Below are positions 58,376 through 64,000 of a stretch of 64,000 nucleotides of DNA, in pieces (the stretch's first letter is position 1; every line of letters starts with the position of its first letter). The translations under genes were made by a program, and so were the position numbers. Origin of the DNA: an uncultured Methanosarcinales archaeon (GTDB lineage: Archaea > Nanobdellota > Nanobdellia > Woesearchaeales > GW2011-AR9); contig CAYFMJ010000003.1 in the NCBI GenBank assembly GCA_964344235.1, positions 1-64,000 of the forward strand. Reading direction: 5' to 3'. The notes beneath the pieces were generated by a model, which had not been told where the DNA came from, searched no databases, and saw only the letters and a program-made list of their open reading frames with translations.

Positions 58376-60536
58376 TGGATCTCCCTTCAATTTCTTTTAC
58401 TACATCAGCAATAAAATCTTTGGTGGGCATGTCGAACTTTGTTTCGCCGTTGCGTAATCGAACTGCAACGGTGTTGTTCTCTTGCTCTTTATCGCCAATC
58501 GTCACAATATAATTAACGTGTTCCATTTGGGCATCACGAACTTTCTTGCCCATAGATTCAACACGATCGTCTAACTCAACTCGAATGCCAACCAATTTCA
58601 TTTCAGTTACCAATTTCTCTGCTGCGTCTTTGTTTCTATCGGTAATCGTTAACACTTTAACTTGCACAGGAGATAACCACGTGGGGAATTTACCGGCAAA
58701 ATGTTCGATCAAGACAGACATAAATCGTTCTAAAGATCCAGAAATAGCACGGTGAATCATCACGGGCCGTTCTTTCACGCCTTCTTTATTCATGTAATGT
58801 AATTCAAATCGCTCAGGCAGGTTGAAATCTAATTGAACTGTAGCAAGTTGCCATTCTCTTCCTAAAGCATCTTTAAACATGAAGTCTAATTTAGGACCGT
58901 AAAATGCTGCTTCTCCCAGAATTTTTTTGAATGGTAAGTTGTTTTCTTGTGCAGCTTCTTCTAATGAAGATTCAGCGATGTTCCATACTTTTTCTTCACC
59001 GAGGTATTTTGACTTGTCCTCTCCTCGAACGGAAAGCGATACCCAGTAATCTTTATCCATACCAAGTGTTTTATAGAATTGTAAGATGATGTTCACGATC
59101 GTTTTTACTTCTTGTTTAATCTGATCTATTCGACAGAAGATATGGCCATCATCCTGTGTAATGGAACGTACACGAGATAATCCAGTCAATTGACCTGCTT
59201 TCTCATCTCTGTATACGGTTGTTGGTTCAAAGAATCGGATTGGAAGGTCACGGTAGCTGTAGTTAAAGTTGTCAAAAATTTGAATGTGGTGAGGACAGTT
59301 CATTGGTTTCATCACAAAATTTTCATGTGCTCCTTTCACGTGGAATAGTTCTTCACCGAATTTATCCCAATGGCCTGACTTTTTGTAGAGGGAATCTTTG
59401 GCAATATGGGGAATAGATACTTTTTGATAGCCTTTGTCTTGATGGAGAGACCAAAGGAAGTCCGTAATTGCATCTTTGATAATCATTCCTTTTGGTGCGA
59501 TTAATGGTAAACCAGCTCCTACTAAGTCAGATACTAAGAAGAGGCCCTGCTCTTTTCCAATCTTTAAATGGGAACGATTTGCTGCAGCTTCTTGTTCTTT
59601 TTTGTATTCCTGTAATTTTTCTTGTGAGTCAAATGCAACCAAATTAATACGGGTTAATTGTGTATTTTTCTCATTATTTTTCCAATACGCGCTAGAGATG
59701 GAGAGTAATTTTATTGCATTGATTGGCGTTGTGGTGAAAGGTTTAGGGAATAATGGGGTGACTGTTGTGTTTGCTGCAGTATAGAAAGTTGGTTCTTTCA
59801 AATCGTGAGCGATTTGTTGCTGTAATCCGGTTGGATTCCCTTCTGGTTGGAATGTTGTGTCTTTCCGTAGTTCTTTAACTTTCTTTGTAATTCTATTAAG
59901 GTCGTCCTGTCGTAGTTTAACGTTAGAGACGTCAACATATGCTTGATCGTGATAAAAGCCAACAGCGCCCATTTCAGCATTTTCATATAATTGTGTTACG
60001 GCGATTCCTGTTAGGTAGGCAGCGGTTAATTTTACTTTTTGATCATCTGTTAATGCTTCTGTGTTAAATGTGAACGGCTCGTCTTTGTAATCTCTCTTGA
60101 GAGAGGTTGCTTGTTCTTCACCGCTAAATTCCCTACTTAATTCTGATAATGGATGGCCTTTACATGCAATAGTGAAAGATTTATACCAGCCAAAAGGCGC
60201 TCGATAGACAGAGAATTTTTGCTGTAGTTCCTGTTGTGCGTCTTTGAGAAATTGTTCCGCTATTTTAGGAGATGCTAAGTCTGAACTCAGATGTGCGTAC
60301 GGGTACAAAACAATATGTTGTGGATTAACTTGCTGCGCAATATTTTTGATTTCCTGCAAATAGCGTTTCATCACTGCTTCTATGTTCTTCTCATCTCGCT
60401 TTTCAACAGCGGTGAAGATAACTAAACATTCTTCTACTTTTTCCTGTTCTGTGGAGATATTTTCCTCAGCGCCTTTGAAGGCCTGCTTTTTCGCTTGAAA
60501 TTCGATGAAATCTGCGTGGATTGCTAGGATTTTCAT
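58368..60536 (-). CDS. thrS: threonyl-tRNA synthetase (archaeal editing domain plus bacterial-type core)
   Basis: MKILAIHADF, YPYAHLS, KPMNCPHH, AFYGPKLD, HRAISGSLER. Confidence 0.95.
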   Translation of the reverse strand: MKILAIHADFIEFQAKKQAFKGAEENISTEQEKVEECLVIFTAVEKRDEKNIEAVMKRYLQEIKNIAQQVNPQHIVLYPYAHLSSDLASPKIAEQFLKDAQQELQQKFSVYRAPFGWYKSFTIACKGHPLSELSREFSGEEQATSLKRDYKDEPFTFNTEALTDDQKVKLTAAYLTGIAVTQLYENAEMGAVGFYHDQAYVDVSNVKLRQDDLNRITKKVKELRKDTTFQPEGNPTGLQQQIAHDLKEPTFYTAANTTVTPLFPKPFTTTPINAIKLLSISSAYWKNNEKNTQLTRINLVAFDSQEKLQEYKKEQEAAANRSHLKIGKEQGLFLVSDLVGAGLPLIAPKGMIIKDAITDFLWSLHQDKGYQKVSIPHIAKDSLYKKSGHWDKFGEELFHVKGAHENFVMKPMNCPHHIQIFDNFNYSYRDLPIRFFEPTTVYRDEKAGQLTGLSRVRSITQDDGHIFCRIDQIKQEVKTIVNIILQFYKTLGMDKDYWVSLSVRGEDKSKYLGEEKVWNIAESSLEEAAQENNLPFKKILGEAAFYGPKLDFMFKDALGREWQLATVQLDFNLPERFELHYMNKEGVKERPVMIHRAISGSLERFMSVLIEHFAGKFPTWLSPVQVKVLTITDRNKDAAEKLVTEMKLVGIRVELDDRVESMGKKVRDAQMEHVNYIVTIGDKEQENNTVAVRLRNGETKFDMPTKDFIADVVKEIEGRSIN

Positions 60537-60610
60537 ATTGTGGTGGGAGTAGAGAGGAGTTTAAAAAGATAGCGGGGGAAGAAGTGACTACTTTTTAGGG
60601 GTTAATTGGG

Positions 60611-60623
60611 AAAATTTTATAAA
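60611..60623 (+). promoter_or_regulatory. BRE/TATA box
   Basis: AAAATTTTATAAA about 23 nt before ATG 60646. Confidence 0.5.
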
Positions 60624-60645
60624 ATAAGCCCATTTGTAATGTATT

Positions 60646-60909
60646 ATGGTTAATAGTTCCGATATCCCTCGAAACGCAATACATGCCTCTGCTAGTCCGG
60701 GAGATGTGGTTGAAGTTCTCTTTCAAACACCTGATGGAATGGAGAGGTTTTATTTCACAGAAGAAGGTTTAGTCAACCCTTTTGGAGCAGCATATCCTCA
60801 CACTGGAACTCCAACCATTTCATTAGATGGAGTTGTTGTAGAAGGTGATGGCAGGGAATATCATTCCGGGGAGGAAGGATTTCACTTGCAGAGTATATCG
60901 CTTATATAA
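60646..60909 (+). CDS. hypothetical protein
   Basis: 87-aa ORF with TATA box. Confidence 0.6.
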   Translation: MVNSSDIPRNAIHASASPGDVVEVLFQTPDGMERFYFTEEGLVNPFGAAYPHTGTPTISLDGVVVEGDGREYHSGEEGFHLQSISLI

Positions 60910-61030
60910 ATTTTTCGTTACTTATGAGTGAAAAAAGTCACGAATCCCCAAAAATTCGTTTTTCATTACTTTAAGTGGTTACAGAGTGCCGAGATTTTCG
61001 TTACTTTTTTGCCAAAAAGAGGTGAAAAAG

Positions 61031-61351
61031 ATGACTGACACGACCAAATTGTACCATGAATTGCTAGAAAAGAGCGTATATGCGGTTCTCAGGGGAAACC
61101 TGCAGCGAAATGGCCTTCTGATGGAAGAAACAGATCAGACTGTCAAAATTATAGGGAATTCTAGAATTTCTATTATCCCCAAAGCGGAGATAATTGTTAT
61201 AGACCTAGATAAGGAAGGGGCAGATATTACGCCAGAACAACAGACAGAGCTGCAGAAGATCAAAGCCTATCTTGAAGAGAAAAATAGGGCTACCAGGGAG
61301 AAAATAAAGGGGGATAATGAACCCCAATTTTCACTTAATAACTCAAGTTAA
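61031..61351 (+). CDS. hypothetical protein
   Basis: GAGGTGA SD before ATG 61031. Confidence 0.65.
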   Translation: MTDTTKLYHELLEKSVYAVLRGNLQRNGLLMEETDQTVKIIGNSRISIIPKAEIIVIDLDKEGADITPEQQTELQKIKAYLEEKNRATREKIKGDNEPQFSLNNSS

Positions 61352-61570
61352 TACAATTTCAGGACTAAACGGTATGTAGTCGGATTTTGCGGTTACATAT
61401 CAAAAAGAGGTGGTAAAGGAGGCTTCAACAATAGATTTGAGGCTAAAAAAAAGAGCATTTTGTGGAGCATTTTGCTCAACTTGTCTTGAAAATTAACAAA
61501 AATTCACAACACCATCAAGGCTCGCTGAGAAATATGAAGTTGAGTTATTAACAAAAAAGAGGTATCAAAT

Positions 61571-61873
61571 GTGGGTAAACCAAAGAAGTATGATGTAAGA
61601 AGTATCAATTTTGGCGAAGTAGGCCATCCAGCCAGGATATTAGTAGATAAATTCGTTAGTTTGCATGGAAAAACTGCACTTTCTCGCTTAATTAGACGTC
61701 TAGTGATGATCTATCTTATGGAAAAGCCAGAGTATAGAGATTGGAAGGCTCAGAAGCTCATCTATGAGAGAAAAGAGCTAGGAAAGAAAGTTGCTCAGAT
61801 CTTGGAAAGAAGGAGAAAGGTGGACGAAGAATTGAGAGACCTTGGAGTGAATCCAGATGAACTGATTTACTGA
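61571..61873 (+). CDS. small putative DNA-binding/coiled-coil protein
   Basis: ALSRLIRRLV helix and C-terminal coiled coil. Confidence 0.65.
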   Translation: MGKPKKYDVRSINFGEVGHPARILVDKFVSLHGKTALSRLIRRLVMIYLMEKPEYRDWKAQKLIYERKELGKKVAQILERRRKVDEELRDLGVNPDELIY

Positions 61874-61875
61874 AA

Positions 61876-62031
61876 ATGAAGGGGCTAAAACGATTCAAAT
61901 GTGGGCACTGCTCAAGGAAATACACGGGCCTGAATAAATGGATCTTCAAGCATTTGGAGAAAAAACATCCTGACAAACCACCAAGGGCGCGTGCAATTGA
62001 CCTAAAATTTAGGTATCATCACGGAGGATAG
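61876..62031 (+). CDS. C2H2 zinc-finger protein, 51 aa (not in ORF track)
   Basis: FKCGHCSRKYTGLNKWIFKHLEKKH. Confidence 0.8.
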   Translation: MKGLKRFKCGHCSRKYTGLNKWIFKHLEKKHPDKPPRARAIDLKFRYHHGG

Positions 62032-62035
62032 AACA

Positions 62036-62443
62036 ATGAAGGAAGATGAAAAAATAAAACAAGATTTCAACCAGAGAGTTCCAATCAATTTAGTTGACGA
62101 GCTTCTAATACTACCAGGAGACATGAAGTCTAAAGAGAATAAGATTCAAGCTATAAAATTCAAAATAGCAGACCTTAAGAAAAAAGTTGAGAAGTGGGAG
62201 TTAAATGAACTAGAGAAAATTTATCTTCAGGTTGGCAGTGATGGAAAAAGAGTTTATTCTAATGAGAAGCTAAGGGAAGCAGAACTAGAGCGAAGAAAAG
62301 ATGCTTCTCCTGAGATTAAGAAATTATACGCAGAATTGTATGAGAATGAAATCAAGCTAGAATCTGAATTAATCGAATTTCGATATATGGATCGCAGATA
62401 TAGTGCACTTAGAAACATTGCTAACATATTTTGTACTAGATAA
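62036..62443 (+). CDS. coiled-coil hypothetical protein
   Basis: 135-aa ORF, GGAGG SD. Confidence 0.7.
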   Translation: MKEDEKIKQDFNQRVPINLVDELLILPGDMKSKENKIQAIKFKIADLKKKVEKWELNELEKIYLQVGSDGKRVYSNEKLREAELERRKDASPEIKKLYAELYENEIKLESELIEFRYMDRRYSALRNIANIFCTR

Positions 62444-62445
62444 AA

Positions 62446-63801
62446 ATGGAAAACGAATCAATCAAAAGCATGAGGATAGAGAAGTTGAGCATAAGTTCTA
62501 TTACTCCGGCCAATTATAATCCTAGAAAGATAAGTCCAGATGAACTTAACAAGTTAAGGAATAGCATACAGAAGTTTGGTTATGTTGAACCTATAATCTA
62601 CAATAAGAGAACAGGGAAAATAGTTGGGGGACATCAAAGATTCAAGATACTTAAAGAAATTCTTGCTCCTGAAGAGCTCGTAGATGTTGTTATTGTTGAT
62701 TTGGATGAGAATGAAGAAAAAACCCTTAACGTTGCGCTGAATAGAATTGGTGGAGAGTGGGATGACAATAAGTTATCAGAATTACTAAAGAATATTCACG
62801 ATAATGAAGAAGACCTGCTAGAATTTACTGGGTTTAATGATAAAGAAATTGAACTCCTTTTGAATCAATTAGAATACGAAGACATATCCAAGGAAGAGAG
62901 ATTTTTTTCCATCAATAGGGAAGACATCAAAGAATCAAAAATAAAGACAGGGGACATAGTTGTTCTAAATGATAAGCACAAAATAATTTGCGGCGATTCT
63001 TCTGATTCTTCAATATTCAAAAAATTATTTGTTAATAGAAAATTTGATTTAATGGTGACTAGTCCGCCATATAATGTAAACATTGCTTATGGTAAATATA
63101 AAGATAACAAGAAATGGAATGAATACATTGACTTGATAAAAAAGATTTTTGATAATTCTAAACAATTCTTGAACGATTACAGATTTTTATGCATCAATAT
63201 TGGTGATATGACGAAGAACAATTTATCTGCTCATTATAGCATAATATTGGAGAATCTTGATTACAAATACTGTAAAACAATCTATTGGGTCAAACCTTCT
63301 GCCTCAGCAAGAGGAACAAATGTATTGAAAACTCCCTATCCGCGATGGTATAGGCCAAAGGTCAACACGGAAACAATCTTGGTTTATGAATTTGGAGAAA
63401 AAGAACCAGAGATAGCTAATGTGATGTTGACATACTCAAAAGGAGAACTAACTTCTAAAACTAAGCCGGACAAAGGAGAAGCACAGGTAATTAGCAAGAG
63501 GTTGCTGAAACAATTTTTGACTAATGTTTGGTACATGCAACCTGAGACTACGCTCAGCAGAGATCATCCCGCACCTTATCCTGTTCAGTTACCTCTTAAT
63601 TGTCTTAAGTTTTTCAGTTTGGAGAACGAAAGGGTATTTGATCCTTTTACTGGAAGCGGAACTAGTTTGCTAGCAGCCGATCTTCTTGGACGGGAATTTT
63701 ACGGTATAGAGTTAGATCCAAAATATGTTCAGTTGGTGATTGAGCGATATAAGAGGTATAAACCTGAATCAAAGATTGAGATAATAAAAAATGAAAATTG
63801 A
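62446..63801 (+). CDS. ParB-like N-terminal domain fused to N4-C/N6-A DNA methyltransferase
   Basis: PANYNPRKI, IVGGHQR; TSPPY, HPAPYP, DPFTGSGTS. Confidence 0.9.
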   Translation: MENESIKSMRIEKLSISSITPANYNPRKISPDELNKLRNSIQKFGYVEPIIYNKRTGKIVGGHQRFKILKEILAPEELVDVVIVDLDENEEKTLNVALNRIGGEWDDNKLSELLKNIHDNEEDLLEFTGFNDKEIELLLNQLEYEDISKEERFFSINREDIKESKIKTGDIVVLNDKHKIICGDSSDSSIFKKLFVNRKFDLMVTSPPYNVNIAYGKYKDNKKWNEYIDLIKKIFDNSKQFLNDYRFLCINIGDMTKNNLSAHYSIILENLDYKYCKTIYWVKPSASARGTNVLKTPYPRWYRPKVNTETILVYEFGEKEPEIANVMLTYSKGELTSKTKPDKGEAQVISKRLLKQFLTNVWYMQPETTLSRDHPAPYPVQLPLNCLKFFSLENERVFDPFTGSGTSLLAADLLGREFYGIELDPKYVQLVIERYKRYKPESKIEIIKNEN

Positions 63802-64000
63802 AGAAGGAGATTTAGTTTATTTGGATAAGCACAGGCTTTTATGTGGAAATAGTTTGAAGTATTCAGTATTAAAAAAGTTACTTGGTGACAAAAAAGTTTC
63901 TATGTTGTTTACGGATCCACCTTATAATATAAGTTATGTTCCGGAAGATAGACCAATTGGGGGCCGGAGAAGGTCAAAAAATAAACTTGGCGGGATTATT
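63791..64000 (+). CDS. second DNA methyltransferase (partial, runs off window)
   Basis: MKIEEGDLVYLDKHRLLCGNS...MLFTDPPYN. Confidence 0.85.
   Translation, partial: MKIEEGDLVYLDKHRLLCGNSLKYSVLKKLLGDKKVSMLFTDPPYNISYVPEDRPIGGRRRSKNKLGGII

Larger units (their letters stand above)
60910..64000 (+). mobile_element. left part of a provirus/plasmid-like element (boundary uncertain)
   Basis: co-oriented small genes with strong GAGGTG SDs, C2H2 finger, ParB-MTase and a second MTase. Confidence 0.6.

Noticed and set aside
61418-61510. Short Cys-containing ORF MVKEAST...FCGAFCSTCLEN
   Set aside because: Only 28 codons; needs an assumed frameshift to extend; insufficient support
1443-63083. Many antisense or nested ORFs in the track (for example 1443-1817, 7149-7493, 23638-24021, 31485-32018, 50628-50930)
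   Set aside because: They lie opposite or inside well-supported genes and show no motifs
1-64000. Genome-wide TAG recoding
   Set aside because: Conserved genes end at TAG at their expected C-termini (ahpC GKI, DUF655 FVG, mutS, gpmA)
1-64000. CRISPR array or rRNA
   Set aside because: No repeat-spacer periodicity or rRNA-like sequence seen; the 36-bp units at 24.1 kb are adjacent with no spacers

Overview
Archaeal DNA, most likely a DPANN lineage such as Woesearchaeales (inferred from rpl21e-rpo4-DUF655, PAC2, Elp3, Dph5, Nre, METTL5, Lhr, archaeal TATA boxes, a bacterial-type MutS1 and a hybrid ThrRS). Housekeeping genes look intact and alternate with orphan genes. The best candidate for an undescribed system is at 18.9-24.2 kb: a XerA/XerD-like tyrosine recombinase lacking the integron IntI insertion, translationally coupled to an Nre repair gene, sits beside a mosaic of repeats. 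These include a nested att-like site pair around a 3-kb gene block, a perfect 53-bp direct repeat around one gene, 36-bp covarying hairpin units ending in TAAC, and a second copy of the recombinase-proximal motif at 52.06 kb that lacks a TAAC-bounded 141-bp segment. The ORF track misses several other things: a purD/purC/purB chimera joined at microhomologies, a tRNA-Ser-like gene with a GAT anticodon, a T-loop BHB intron and no 5' acceptor strand, two domains split by in-frame TAG, two genes frameshifted at homopolymers, and several small ORFs. A provirus-like region with tandem DNA methyltransferases and a C2H2 zinc finger starts at about 60.9 kb and runs off the window. No CRISPR array or rRNA was seen. 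All family calls are by motif recognition only; no searches were run.
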